In this document: one piece after another, positions 54,234 through 63,700 of the stretch
Numbering within the stretch: position 1 is the stretch's first letter
Layout: each line of letters opens with the position of its first letter
NCBI GenBank assembly: GCA_934434925.1
Contig: CAKSAC010000001.1
Span: 20,029 to 84,028 of the forward strand
Reading direction: 5' to 3'
Length of the DNA stretch: 64,000 nucleotides
From: an uncultured Eubacteriales bacterium
GTDB lineage: Bacteria; Bacillota; Clostridia; Oscillospirales; CAG-272
Position numbers and translations under genes: made by a program
Notes under the pieces: model-generated
What the model was told of the DNA's origin: nothing
Databases searched by the model: none
What the model saw: only the letters and a program-made list of their open reading frames with translations

Positions 54234-54944
54234 ATGGCATTACTGGAAGTCAGAAATATCGAGGTCGCTTACGGGCTGATTAAGGCGATCAAAGGTATTT
54301 CCTTTGAAGTGAATGAAGGGGAAGTGGTCTCCCTCATCGGCGCGAACGGCGCCGGAAAAACGACCACCATGCATGCGGTGAGTTGCCTTTTGCCGAAACT
54401 TTCGGGACAGGTGTATTTTTGCGGAAATGATATTACCGCCGTCCCCGCGCATAAATTGGTGGGGATGGGGATGGCACATGTACCGGAAGGCCGTCGCATT
54501 TTTCAGGAACTGACGGTTTTCGATAACCTGCAAATGGGGTACTACATCAAAAGCGATAAAGAAAAATTCAAAGAAAAACTGGAGTATATTTACGGCTGTT
54601 TCCCCGTTCTTGCGGAGCGTGCCAATCAGATTGCCGGAACGCTTTCGGGCGGAGAACAGCAAATGCTTGCCATGAGTCGGGCGTTGATGTCCGACCCGAA
54701 ACTGCTTCTTTTGGATGAACCGAGCATGGGGCTTTCGCCGCTTTATGTGAACACCATCTTTGACATGATTAAAAAAGTGAACGAGGCGGGAACGACGATT
54801 CTGCTCGTGGAGCAAAATGCCAATAAAGCGCTTGCAATTTCCGACAGGGCCTATGTGCTGGAAACCGGAAAAATCACAAAGACCGGAACCGGTACCGAAC
54901 TTCTTTCGGACGATTCGGTGAGGGCGGCCTATCTCGGCGGATAA
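54234..54944 (+). CDS. livF: Branched-chain amino acid ABC transporter ATP-binding protein LivF
   Basis: Walker A GANGAGKTT, signature LSGGEQQ, Walker B LLLLDEPS. Confidence 0.9.
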   Translation: MALLEVRNIEVAYGLIKAIKGISFEVNEGEVVSLIGANGAGKTTTMHAVSCLLPKLSGQVYFCGNDITAVPAHKLVGMGMAHVPEGRRIFQELTVFDNLQMGYYIKSDKEKFKEKLEYIYGCFPVLAERANQIAGTLSGGEQQMLAMSRALMSDPKLLLLDEPSMGLSPLYVNTIFDMIKKVNEAGTTILLVEQNANKALAISDRAYVLETGKITKTGTGTELLSDDSVRAAYLGG

Positions 54945-54951
54945 AAAGAAA

Positions 54952-54987
54952 ACAGTCAGTATGCTTGCGGCATACCGGCTGTTTTTA
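54952..54987. terminator. Bidirectional terminator between livF and clpX
   Basis: 13-bp stem (one mismatch, one G-T pair) ACAGTCAGTATGC-ttgc-GGCATACCGGCTGT, flanked by A-rich and T-rich runs. Confidence 0.75.
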
Positions 54988-55013
54988 CTTTTGCTCTTCA
55001 CGGAAAATGCCGT

Positions 55014-56294
55014 TCAGGCATTTTTCCGAACGATGACGGGCGGCTCTTTCCCGAGGACGCAGGCCTCGGTGATGATAACCTTTTCAACATCTTTTTCCGA
55101 AGGGATGGAATACATCGGGTCAATCATGATTCCTTCGAGGATCGAACGCAACCCACGGGCCCCGATCTCTCTTTCAAGGGCCATGCGGGCGATGGCGCGA
55201 AAAGCGCCGTCCTCAAATTCAAGGTCTACGCCGTCGATGGAAAAGAGTTTTTTATATTGACGGTACAGGGAATTTTTCGGGTCGCGGATGATACGGACCA
55301 GCGCCTCTTCATCCAGGTTTTCCAACGATACGATGATAGGGAGCCGACCCACTAATTCGGGAATCAGCCCGTATTTGACGATATCGTGTGAAATCACGTC
55401 ACGGTAAACGCCGCGGCCGATCCTCTCATTTTTCTTCAGAACATCGCCGCCGAAACCGATGGTCTGATTTCCGCGCCGTTGTTCGATGATCGATTCAAGT
55501 CCGTCAAAAGCACCGCCGCAAATGAAGAGAATATTTTCGGTGTGGATCTGAATGAATTCCTGGTTGGGGTGCTTGCGTCCGCCCTGCGGCGGAACATTGG
55601 CGACCGTACCTTCCAATATCTTCAAAAGCGCTTGCTGAACTCCTTCACCGGATACGTCGCGCGTGATGGAACGGTTTTCACTTTTCCGGGAGATTTTGTC
55701 GATTTCATCAATATAGATAATCCCCCGTTCGGCGCGTTCAATATCATAGTCGGCCGCCTGAATCAGGCGCAGGAGAATGTTTTCAACGTCTTCGCCTACA
55801 TAGCCGGCTTCCGTCAGCGTAGTGGCATCCGCAATGGCAAAAGGAACCTTCAGTGTGCGGGCAAGCGTTTGCGCGAGGAACGTTTTTCCGACGCCGGTAG
55901 GGCCGAGGAGCAAAACATTGCTCTTCTGAATCTCCACGGGATCATCGGCCGGGGCATCCTTCTCCTTTTTCTTGTTGAGAGAAAGAATGCGCTTGTAATG
56001 ATTGTATACCGCGACGGAAAGCACACGCTTCGCGGCATCCTGCCCGATGACGTATTCATCGAGTTTTTCTTTGATTTGCGGGGGTTTCGGAAGGGTTTCA
56101 AAGGTTAGTTCTTCGCTCTGTTTTTCACGATTTTGCAGAGCAAGGCCCTCATCAATCAGTTCGGAACAGGCATGAACGCATTCATCGCAGATATATGTGC
56201 CGCTCTGGGATGGGATGAGAAACATGACCTGATTTTCATTCCGACCACAGAAGGCGCACTGGCGAAGTCTTTTTTGATTGTTGTTGTTTGGCAT
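55014..56294 (-). CDS. clpX: ATP-dependent Clp protease ATP-binding subunit ClpX
   Basis: N-terminal zinc ribbon CAFCG...CDEC, Walker A GPTGVGKT, and IGF-type loop region. Confidence 0.95.
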   Translation of the reverse strand: MPNNNNQKRLRQCAFCGRNENQVMFLIPSQSGTYICDECVHACSELIDEGLALQNREKQSEELTFETLPKPPQIKEKLDEYVIGQDAAKRVLSVAVYNHYKRILSLNKKKEKDAPADDPVEIQKSNVLLLGPTGVGKTFLAQTLARTLKVPFAIADATTLTEAGYVGEDVENILLRLIQAADYDIERAERGIIYIDEIDKISRKSENRSITRDVSGEGVQQALLKILEGTVANVPPQGGRKHPNQEFIQIHTENILFICGGAFDGLESIIEQRRGNQTIGFGGDVLKKNERIGRGVYRDVISHDIVKYGLIPELVGRLPIIVSLENLDEEALVRIIRDPKNSLYRQYKKLFSIDGVDLEFEDGAFRAIARMALEREIGARGLRSILEGIMIDPMYSIPSEKDVEKVIITEACVLGKEPPVIVRKNA

Positions 56295-56347
56295 ATACTG
56301 TTCGCCCTTTCATAAAGAAAGCGCGGGGTGCCCCACGCTTTTCTCTC

Positions 56348-56932
56348 TTATAAACGGTTGGCAATCACCTTATCGATCAGCCCGTAGGAGGCGGCCTGAT
56401 CCGCGGTCATGAAATTGTCTCTTTCGGTGTCGCGGTCGATCACTTCCAGCGGTTGACCGGTTCGCTCGGAAAGAATACGATTTAATTTTTCGCGGGTGCG
56501 GAGAATATGGTCGGCGTGGATTTTGATATCGGTCGCCTGCCCCTGCGTGCCGCCGAGCGGCTGGTGAATCATGATTTCGCTGTTGGGCAGGGCGAGCCGT
56601 TTTCCCTTTGTACCGGCTGCCAGAAGGAAGGCGCCCATACTGGCGGCCATACCGATGCAGATGGTAGAAACATCGCACTTGATGAAGTTCATCGTGTCAT
56701 AGATGGCAAATCCGGCCGAGACAGAACCCCCTGGACTGTTGATATAAAAGGAAATATCTTTGTCGGGATCCTGCGCTTCGAGATAGAGCATCTGCGCGAC
56801 TACAAGCGAGGCGGTCACATCATTGACTTCATCGGCAAGAAAAACAATTCTGTCGTTCAAAAGGCGGGAATAAATATCGTATGAACGTTCTCCTCTGTTG
56901 GTCTCTTGAATGACCATTGGAACAAGTGCCAT
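56348..56932 (-). CDS. clpP: ATP-dependent Clp protease proteolytic subunit ClpP
   Basis: 194 aa. The Ser-His-Asp triad context (GMAASMG, IHQP) is typical of ClpP. Confidence 0.95.
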   Translation of the reverse strand: MALVPMVIQETNRGERSYDIYSRLLNDRIVFLADEVNDVTASLVVAQMLYLEAQDPDKDISFYINSPGGSVSAGFAIYDTMNFIKCDVSTICIGMAASMGAFLLAAGTKGKRLALPNSEIMIHQPLGGTQGQATDIKIHADHILRTREKLNRILSERTGQPLEVIDRDTERDNFMTADQAASYGLIDKVIANRL

Positions 56933-56955
56933 GTTTATACCTCCGGTTGGTAGGA

Positions 56956-58578
56956 TTATTCTTCGGTCTTCTTTGCGGTGGTTTTCTTTGCGGTGGTTTT
57001 CTTCGCGGCGGGTTTCTTTTCGGTGGCCGGCTCGGCATCGCCTTCGGCTTCCAGCGCGGCTTTCTTCGCGGTGGTTTTCTTGGCCGGGGCCTTTTTTGTT
57101 TCGTCAGCGGGCGAAGCCTTTTTGGCGGTGGTTTTCTTCGCGGCGGGTTTCTTTTCGGTGGCCGGCTCGGCGTCGGTTTCGGCTTCCAGCGCGGCCTTCT
57201 TCGCGGTGGTCTTCTTGGCCGGGGCCTTTTTTGTTTCGTCAGCGGGCGAAGCCTTTTTGGCGGTCGCTTTCTTTGCGGTCACTTTCTTTGCGGCAACAGG
57301 GGCGGCGGCAACGGCGTTTTTCTTGACGAGTTCAGCCGCGGCTTTCACGCGCAGATCGTTGCGAACGCCGTCTTCCTCCGCAATCTTGCGGACCTCTTCT
57401 TCAGGCATATTATATGTCTCTGCCATCCGCTTATATTCGGCGGCAATCTCATCTTCCGTAACCTTGACATCTTCAAGCTCGGCGATCTTTTCAAGGGCGA
57501 GACGAAGTTTGACCTGCTGTTCGGCCTGCGGGCGGAGTTGCGCGCGCATGGAATCAAGGTTCATGCCGGTATACTTGAAATAGGTGTTGAGATCAAGCCC
57601 CTGCATACGCAGACGGTTATCATAATCGCGCAGGAAGTTTTCGGTCTCGGCTTCAAACATGCATTCGGGAATGTCGGCTTCCATCTTTCCGATGACGGCA
57701 AGCATAACATTTTCTTCAAACTGGCTGTCGGCGGCATTTTTGTTTCTTTCTTCCATTTTTGCCTTTTTATCAGCCCGATATGCGTCCAGCGTATCGAATT
57801 CGGAAACATCTTTTGCAAATTCATCGTCCAGGGCGGGAAGTTCCTGCCGTTTGATGGCATGAAGTTTGACGGCAAACACAGCGGCCTTGCCGGCAAGAGA
57901 TTTTTCATGATAATCTTCGGGGAAGGTGACGTTCACATCAAAAGCGTCGCCGACGGATTTACCGACAATCTGTTCTTCAAATCCGGGGATAAACTGTCCG
58001 CTTCCGAGTTTCAGCTCATGCCCTTCTGCCTTTCCGCCGTCAAAGTGATTTCCGTCCACGCTGCCGTCAAAATCGATGACAACGGTGTCGCCGGTTTCGG
58101 CAGGGCGGTCGGTCACATCGACCGTGCGGGCGTTGCGTTCAAGATCGCGTTGAATCTCGGCATCCACATCGGCATCGGTGACGGCCTTTTCGTCACGAAC
58201 GGCTTCGATACCGAGATAGTCGGTAATCCTGACATCCGGCTTTACATAGACTTTGACAGTCAGAACAAGCCCGTTTTCGTCCACGGATTTTATGTCAAAA
58301 TCCGGGCGACCGACAATTTCAAGACCGGCTTCTTTAACGGCCGGCTCAAAAGCGCCGGGAATGCAATCGTTGATCGCGTCTTCATAAAACACGCTCTTCC
58401 CGTACATTTTTTCAATAACCACGCGGGGAGCTTTGCCCTTGCGGAAGCCGGGAACATTGATCTTTCCGACATTCTTTCTGTAGGCACGATTGACAGCGGC
58501 TTCAAAGGTATCCTTGTCCACACCGATCTCCAGAGTATAGAGATTCTTGTCTGTCAATTCTTTGCTGATGAGACTCAT
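56956..58578 (-). CDS. tig: Trigger factor with 117-aa Lys/Ala/Thr-rich C-terminal extension
   Basis: 540 aa from the ATG at 58576-58578 (GGAGGAAA RBS). The ribosome-binding motif GFRKGKAP and the FKBP-like middle domain are present. The core of ~423 aa is followed by a repetitive basic tail. Confidence 0.9.
   Translation of the reverse strand: MSLISKELTDKNLYTLEIGVDKDTFEAAVNRAYRKNVGKINVPGFRKGKAPRVVIEKMYGKSVFYEDAINDCIPGAFEPAVKEAGLEIVGRPDFDIKSVDENGLVLTVKVYVKPDVRITDYLGIEAVRDEKAVTDADVDAEIQRDLERNARTVDVTDRPAETGDTVVIDFDGSVDGNHFDGGKAEGHELKLGSGQFIPGFEEQIVGKSVGDAFDVNVTFPEDYHEKSLAGKAAVFAVKLHAIKRQELPALDDEFAKDVSEFDTLDAYRADKKAKMEERNKNAADSQFEENVMLAVIGKMEADIPECMFEAETENFLRDYDNRLRMQGLDLNTYFKYTGMNLDSMRAQLRPQAEQQVKLRLALEKIAELEDVKVTEDEIAAEYKRMAETYNMPEEEVRKIAEEDGVRNDLRVKAAAELVKKNAVAAAPVAAKKVTAKKATAKKASPADETKKAPAKKTTAKKAALEAETDAEPATEKKPAAKKTTAKKASPADETKKAPAKKTTAKKAALEAEGDAEPATEKKPAAKKTTAKKTTAKKTEE
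56983..57252 (-). repeat. 135-bp (45-codon) in-frame tandem duplication inside the tig 3' region
   Basis: CTTCGCGGCGGGTTTCTTTTCGGTGGCCGGCTCGGC recurs at 57001 and 57136. The peptide [25 protein letters not shown](T/G)[19 protein letters not shown] appears twice. Confidence 0.9.
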
Positions 58579-58631
58579 GCTATTTCCTCCGAAAAGTAAA
58601 TAATTAAAATAAATATATATCAATCCGTATC

Positions 58632-58660
58632 ATTCTACCGCATTCTGAGACGATTGTCAA
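58632..58660 (-). promoter_or_regulatory. Sigma-A promoter of tig
   Basis: Minus strand TTGACA (58655-58660), 17-nt spacer, TAGAAT (58632-58637). Confidence 0.65.
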
Positions 58661-58821
58661 GCCGTTTTCGGAGAATTTCTTCTGAATTCGGCAGGATAAT
58701 GCGGTTGGCATAAAGCGCAGGCGGTTTTTCCGGCGCTTTGTTGAACGCGGCTGTTCCGTAAGCGTCGGCAGACCGGAAAGCGATTGCTCCCGGTTCCGGT
58801 AGAATTTGTCGGCAACATGAC

Positions 58822-58975
58822 CGTGTGCCGGGGCAGACATTGTCGTGTGCCGGGGCAGACATTGCCGTGTGCCGGGGCAGACGTAGCCGTGTGCCGGGGC
58901 AGACGTAGCCGTGTGCCGGGGCAGACATTGCCGTGTGCCGGGGCAGACATTGTCGTGTGCCGGGGCAGACATTGC
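58822..58975. repeat. Seven head-to-tail 22-bp direct repeats (iteron-like array)
   Basis: CGTGTGCCGGGGCAGAC + (ATTGT | ATTGC | GTAGC). Copies start at 58822, 58844, 58866, 58888, 58910, 58932 and 58954. No spacers. Confidence 0.95.
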
Positions 58976-59025
58976 CCCCGATTCCGAACCCGGGGCCAGC
59001 CCTTGCTTTTCGTGCAGAGCGGCGT

Positions 59026-60792
59026 TCAGCCCCGGTGTTTTTTCTCGATTGCCGCTTCCCGCGTGTTGATGGCATGCAGGAGCGCGGGATCAAATTTGAA
59101 TTCCCGTTCGTAGGTCATCAGGCCGTTCTGCTCCTGTTCCACGTCAAACAGTTGGGTATAGCAGAAGCCCATAACGTCTTCGTTATCTAAGAGCGCGTCG
59201 GTCAGCCCTTTGTAGCGATCCAGAAATTCCTGCTCGGTTTTCGGCCCCGAGCCGTACCCCCAGCCACCCTGTTTGTCCGTCCAGAGAATGCCGCCGTATT
59301 CACTGACAAAGAGCGGTTTTTTCCCGTCATAGTGTTGTCTGCCTCGTATCGAACGGTCAGAGATGCGTTCGCACGGTTCGTTCACAATCCCTTCTGCGAT
59401 CCGCGCATAGTAGGTTGCAAATTTTGCCGGATCCTGCTCGTAGTCATGAACGTCGTAAATGTCGGTTACCACATGGAAGTTTCCGCTGGTGTCAATCACC
59501 GGACGGGTTGCATCCAACGCTTTGGTCACACAAAAAATCTGCGCAAGTACACAGTCTGCCTGTCGTTTACCGCGATAATCCCATGTCTCGTTGAACGGAC
59601 ACCAGCCGATGATGGCGGGATGGTTATAGTCGCGCTCCACAGCTTCCAGCCACTCCGGCAGAAAGTGCGCGATTGCCTCCGGCGTGTCGATGCTCAACTC
59701 CCCGTTTGCGTGTTCGCCCCAGCAGAGATAGCCCAGCCGGTCCGCCCAGTAGAGAAAACGCGGCTCAAAAATCTTCTGATGCAGGCGCGCTCCGTTGAAG
59801 CCGAGTTCCATAGACTTCAGAATGTCGTTTTTCAAATCTTCGTCGGTCGGCGCGGTGTAAATGCCGCCCGGATAAAAGCCCTGATCCAGCACCCAACGAC
59901 CGAACACCACCCGCCCGTTCAGCCGGAAGGTCCTGCCAACCAACGAAACGCTCCGCAGGCCGAAATAACTGGTTGCGTAATCAACGGTTTTTCCGTTCTT
60001 TGTCAGGGTCAGCTCCACGTCGTAGAGGTTTCCGATGCCGACCTCCCACAGGTGCTTTTCCGAAAGCGGAATGGTCAGCGTCACGCTGTTTCCGGTAATG
60101 CCGGCCGCTGACGCGAAGCCGACTTCCCGGCCGTCGTAGGTCACACGCACCGTCAGCGCGGTGTTCTCGGGGTCTCCCGTGAGGCGACATTCGGTCGTTA
60201 CGGCGCAGGCGGCGGTGTCCGGAGTCATACGCAGGTTGCCGATATGCACGTCCTCTACCGCCTCCATCCACACCGTTTGCCAGATACCGGTGGTGCGGGA
60301 GTAGGAACAGTCGTAGGACGCAAGGCGGGTAGACTGCTTGCCCGCCGGCTGGTTGTGTGAGCGCACGTCATCGAATGCCGACAGCACGATGCGGTCATTT
60401 GCAAAATTCAGCATGTCGGTAATATCAAAGACAAAAGGGGTGTAGCCGCCGGTATGCATTCCCGCCTTTTTACCGTTGACCCAAACCGTTGCGACATAGT
60501 CAACCGCGCCGAAATGGAGCAGAATGCGTTTGCCCTTCCATTCTGCAGGCACAGACAGATTTTTCGCATACCAGACGCACCGCATGAAATCCTTGTGTTC
60601 TATGCCGGAGAGCTTGCTTTCGGGGCAGAAGGGAACCGTGATGGTTCCCGATAGCTTTTCGGCGTCGATCAGACCGCGTTCTTCGCCGCTCTCGCCCGCG
60701 TCAATTTCAAATTCCCACTCGCCGTTGAGGCAAAGCCATGCGTCGCGCACCAATTGCGGACGCGGATATTCGTTTCTCGGAAGTTTCGTCAT
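59026..60792 (-). CDS. Glycoside hydrolase family 2 enzyme (beta-glucuronidase/beta-galactosidase-like)
   Basis: 588 aa. GH2 sugar-binding N-terminus (NGEWEF...), candidate acid/base NE (CPFNETW) and nucleophile E (FVSEYGG). Substrate not assignable. Confidence 0.8.
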   Translation of the reverse strand: MTKLPRNEYPRPQLVRDAWLCLNGEWEFEIDAGESGEERGLIDAEKLSGTITVPFCPESKLSGIEHKDFMRCVWYAKNLSVPAEWKGKRILLHFGAVDYVATVWVNGKKAGMHTGGYTPFVFDITDMLNFANDRIVLSAFDDVRSHNQPAGKQSTRLASYDCSYSRTTGIWQTVWMEAVEDVHIGNLRMTPDTAACAVTTECRLTGDPENTALTVRVTYDGREVGFASAAGITGNSVTLTIPLSEKHLWEVGIGNLYDVELTLTKNGKTVDYATSYFGLRSVSLVGRTFRLNGRVVFGRWVLDQGFYPGGIYTAPTDEDLKNDILKSMELGFNGARLHQKIFEPRFLYWADRLGYLCWGEHANGELSIDTPEAIAHFLPEWLEAVERDYNHPAIIGWCPFNETWDYRGKRQADCVLAQIFCVTKALDATRPVIDTSGNFHVVTDIYDVHDYEQDPAKFATYYARIAEGIVNEPCERISDRSIRGRQHYDGKKPLFVSEYGGILWTDKQGGWGYGSGPKTEQEFLDRYKGLTDALLDNEDVMGFCYTQLFDVEQEQNGLMTYEREFKFDPALLHAINTREAAIEKKHRG

Positions 60793-60870
60793 CAGATGAT
60801 CTCCTCGTTTGTTTCATCTTTCTCATCTTTCGGTTTTGCGTGACGGCGCATACAAATCGCCGTCTCTTTT

Positions 60871-60899
60871 TTTATACCATGTTTTTTGTGCGAAAGCAA
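60871..60899 (-). promoter_or_regulatory. Promoter of the GH2 gene with overlapping inverted repeat
   Basis: Minus strand TTGCTT (60894-60899), 17-nt spacer, TGG-TATAAA (60871-60876). The inverted repeat TTGTGCG-N16-CGCACAA overlaps the -35 region. Confidence 0.45.
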
Positions 60900-61098
60900 T
60901 GGAATTTCCGCACAAAGGAAAAAATCAACAAGACTGTCGGCGGTTGAAATCCGATAAAACAACAGCAACAGAAAAAAGCGATCGGGTTTTGGCGGCATGT
61001 TTGGGCGGAAACCAATCTGCCGGAAAGGCCACGATCGCTTTTTGTTTTCCGGGATCGGCATTTTGCCGGTCTCGCAACAAGGCAATATCCCGTCGTTT

Positions 61099-61824
61099 TC
61101 AGTTTGGCAGGATGATGCGGGGGATAAAATCAAGATAGTCCGCGGAAATCAGAATGAAATCGATTCCGTGCGCTGTAAAATACGGTCGGGCCGTGTAATT
61201 TCCGTGTATATGGCCGTAATAAACACGTCGGATGCCGAATTCTTCCAGCGCGTCGAGAAAAGGCCCGGTCTCGCGACCGGCAACGACCGGAGGATAATGG
61301 AAGAAGACCAGCAGTTCCTTCTGCCCGGCAGCCGGATGCCCGGCAGCAGCGGTAAGGCCGAGCCGCAGGCGTATGGTTTCACGCGCAATCATCTTTTCAT
61401 AGTCATCCGTATTTTGGCAATCAAGGTCGCCTTCCGGCATCCAGCCGCGCGTTCCGGTCAGCAGAAATTCATCTGTTTCCAGCACATTATTATGAAGAAA
61501 AGAAAGAGAACGAATCTGCCTTTCTTCCAGGAACGCCTGCATTTTGGAGAGGGTGGACCACCAGAAATCATGGTTCCCCTTGCCGAGAATTTTGCGTCCG
61601 GGCAGGGCATCGATAAATCGCAGATCGGCCTCGGCCCCTTCCAGAGAAAGCGCCCAGGAAATATCGCCGGGGATGACGACCGTATCCTCCGGCTCCACAA
61701 GGGAACACCAATTCCGGCGGAGTTTTTCGGTGTAACCGGCCCAACGCCGGCCAAAGACCTCCATAGACTTGTTACAGCCGTCGGCCGTAGAGAGATGTAA
61801 ATCGGAAATCACATAGGTAGACAT
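61099..61824 (-). CDS. Metallophosphoesterase (calcineurin-like)
   Basis: 241 aa with motifs DLHL, GDISW, GNHD and GHIH. Confidence 0.75.
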   Translation of the reverse strand: MSTYVISDLHLSTADGCNKSMEVFGRRWAGYTEKLRRNWCSLVEPEDTVVIPGDISWALSLEGAEADLRFIDALPGRKILGKGNHDFWWSTLSKMQAFLEERQIRSLSFLHNNVLETDEFLLTGTRGWMPEGDLDCQNTDDYEKMIARETIRLRLGLTAAAGHPAAGQKELLVFFHYPPVVAGRETGPFLDALEEFGIRRVYYGHIHGNYTARPYFTAHGIDFILISADYLDFIPRIILPN

Positions 61825-61895
61825 ATCATTCGCCTTCTGAATAAAGCATACTGGTTGGGGGAGAATAAGTGAAAACCACGAAAGGAGATGAAAAA

Positions 61896-62081
61896 ATGAA
61901 AGAAACGGGAAAAAAAGAAAAGCAATTGAAGGGGGTCTGCTGTGATGCCTGCAATTGCATCCATCACGGGCAGGATCATTCCTGCCACGCGGACGAGATT
62001 TCCGTCGGCCCTCACAATGCCTGTTGCAGTGCCGAAACGATTTGCGCCACCTTTAAGCCGAAAGACGAAACAAACGGCTGA
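61896..62081 (+). CDS. DUF1540-like small Cys/His-rich protein
   Basis: 61 aa from the ATG at 61896 (AAAGGAGA RBS). The pattern C..C.C.HH....C.A..I.V....A.C...T.C.TF is recalled as DUF1540. Confidence 0.6.
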   Translation: MKETGKKEKQLKGVCCDACNCIHHGQDHSCHADEISVGPHNACCSAETICATFKPKDETNG

Positions 62082-62094
62082 AAATGAAGAAACG

Positions 62095-62118
62095 GAGGCG
62101 GGGTTGCCGCCTCTTTTT
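62095..62118 (+). terminator. Intrinsic terminator after the DUF1540 gene
   Basis: GAGGCGG-ggttg-CCGCCTC followed by TTTTT. Confidence 0.8.
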
Positions 62119-62133
62119 CATTTCTGACTTCAC

Positions 62134-62178
62134 GGCGGACATCGCGGTGGAAAGCATGGCGGACATCGCGGTGGAAAG
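62134..62178. repeat. 24-bp direct repeat x2 (plus a degenerate third copy)
   Basis: GGCGGACATCGCGGTGGAAAG occurs at 62134-62154 and 62158-62178. A related CGCGGCGGAAAG follows. Confidence 0.75.
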
Positions 62179-62218
62179 TGCGGCCTTCGGAACCGCGGCG
62201 GAAAGCGCGAGGCTCGGG

Positions 62219-63700
62219 TTATTCGCCGGCAAAAGCGAGTACGCGCGCGGCCATTTCGGAGGGTGCAATCGAATCCGGGAAACGCACCGGCTTGTTTTCC
62301 AGGTCTGCAAGCGGAGCGGGAATGGCGGTTCCGCTCAGCCGGGCAAGCGCTTCCAGCGGATGTTGGGGTTCTTCGGTACGCCCGGTAATGTCGGCCAGCA
62401 CCGCGGGAGCGAATTTATAGGGGCTGGCAGTCGAGACGATGAAGAGCGGGGCGGTACTGTGGCTGTCGGCCAAATATTTTTGGGCGCACCCATAGGCAAC
62501 GGCGGTGTGCGTGTCCATAAGATAGCCGTGATTATTAAAAGCGTCATGGAGATAAAGCGCCGTTTCCGCTTCGTCGCAACAGTACCCGACGAAGTTTTGG
62601 CGGATTTTGGCCATTTCTTCTTCTGCCACGGTATAACTAGCGTTTTTTGCAAGAGAACACATGTATTCGGCGGTTTTTTCACTCCCGCATACGGTGTAAA
62701 GGAGCCGTTCCAGATTGCTGGAGATAAGAATATCCATCGAGGGGGATGTCGTCAGGTGGAAGTCGCGTAAACGGTTGTAGGTTCCGGTCCGCAGAAATTC
62801 GGTCAGCACATCGTTCCGGTTGGAAGCGCAGACCAGCTTCCCGAGCGGGAGCCCCATTTGCTTTGCGAGATACGCGGCAAAAATATTTCCGAAGTTTCCG
62901 GTCGGTACCACAACGTCCGGCTTGTCCTCCGGCCGGATGCGGCCGTCGTTCAACATGTCGCAATAGGCGGAGACATAGTATGCGATCTGCGGTGCGAGCC
63001 GCCCCCAGTTGATGGAGTTGGCACTGGAGAGAAAATATCCGCGCCGATCCAGTTCCGAGGCGATGGCGGTATCGGAAAAGATTTTCTTTACGCCGCTTTG
63101 CGCGTCATCGAAATTCCCGTAGATCCCGCACACCCCGACATTGTTTCCTTCCTGTGTGGTCATTTGCGCTTTTTGAATACGGCTGACACCGCCGGTCGGG
63201 AAAAAAACGAGGATTTTGACGTGCGGAACATCGCGGTACCCCTCCAGGGCGGCCTTTCCGGTGTCTCCCGAGGTAGCCACAAGGATCAGCGCCGTCCGGT
63301 CTTCGCCGGTCTTTCTCAGCGCGCGGGAAAGCAAGCGCGGCATAATCTGTAAGGCCATATCCTTGAATGCACAGGTAGGACCGTGCCAGAGTTCAAGGGA
63401 AGAGAGTTGGCGATCGATCTGCACGAGAGGAGCCGCGCCTCCCGGAAAACGGTCGTCTGCGTAGGCCGCCCGGCAATCGTCCAGAAGTTCCTCTTCCGTA
63501 TAATCGGTAAGGAACAGCGAAAGGATTTTTGCGGCGCGCTCCGGATAATGCAGACCGGCGAGGACGCGAAGGTCCTCTTCGGTGAGCGTCGGAATCTTTT
63601 CGGGCATATACAGCCCGCCGTCCGGCGCCATACCGTTTTTGATGGCCGTGGCGGAACTGACCGTCGCGGCATTTTTACTTCTTGTGCTTCTGTAATTCAT
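62219..63700 (-). CDS. thrC: Threonine synthase (long form)
   Basis: 493 aa. PLP-lysine context (PTCAFKDMALQ), with N- and C-terminal regions typical of long ThrC. Confidence 0.9.
   Translation of the reverse strand: MNYRSTRSKNAATVSSATAIKNGMAPDGGLYMPEKIPTLTEEDLRVLAGLHYPERAAKILSLFLTDYTEEELLDDCRAAYADDRFPGGAAPLVQIDRQLSSLELWHGPTCAFKDMALQIMPRLLSRALRKTGEDRTALILVATSGDTGKAALEGYRDVPHVKILVFFPTGGVSRIQKAQMTTQEGNNVGVCGIYGNFDDAQSGVKKIFSDTAIASELDRRGYFLSSANSINWGRLAPQIAYYVSAYCDMLNDGRIRPEDKPDVVVPTGNFGNIFAAYLAKQMGLPLGKLVCASNRNDVLTEFLRTGTYNRLRDFHLTTSPSMDILISSNLERLLYTVCGSEKTAEYMCSLAKNASYTVAEEEMAKIRQNFVGYCCDEAETALYLHDAFNNHGYLMDTHTAVAYGCAQKYLADSHSTAPLFIVSTASPYKFAPAVLADITGRTEEPQHPLEALARLSGTAIPAPLADLENKPVRFPDSIAPSEMAARVLAFAGE

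Noticed and set aside
56917-58599. 560-aa plus-strand ORF antisense to tig (also 56978-57583)
   Set aside because: It is the mirror image of the trigger-factor gene. The product is a low-complexity Gly/Phe/Leu/Arg repeat generated by the Lys/Ala repeat codons. No start context.
58604-59113. ORFs (122, 152, 97, 109 aa) with repeating ...SAPAHG.VCPGTRQCLPRHT... and a possible CRISPR array
   Set aside because: The peptides are read-through of the 22-bp repeat in several frames on both strands. It is not CRISPR because the repeats abut without spacers, the unit is shorter than CRISPR repeats, and no cas genes or leader are present.
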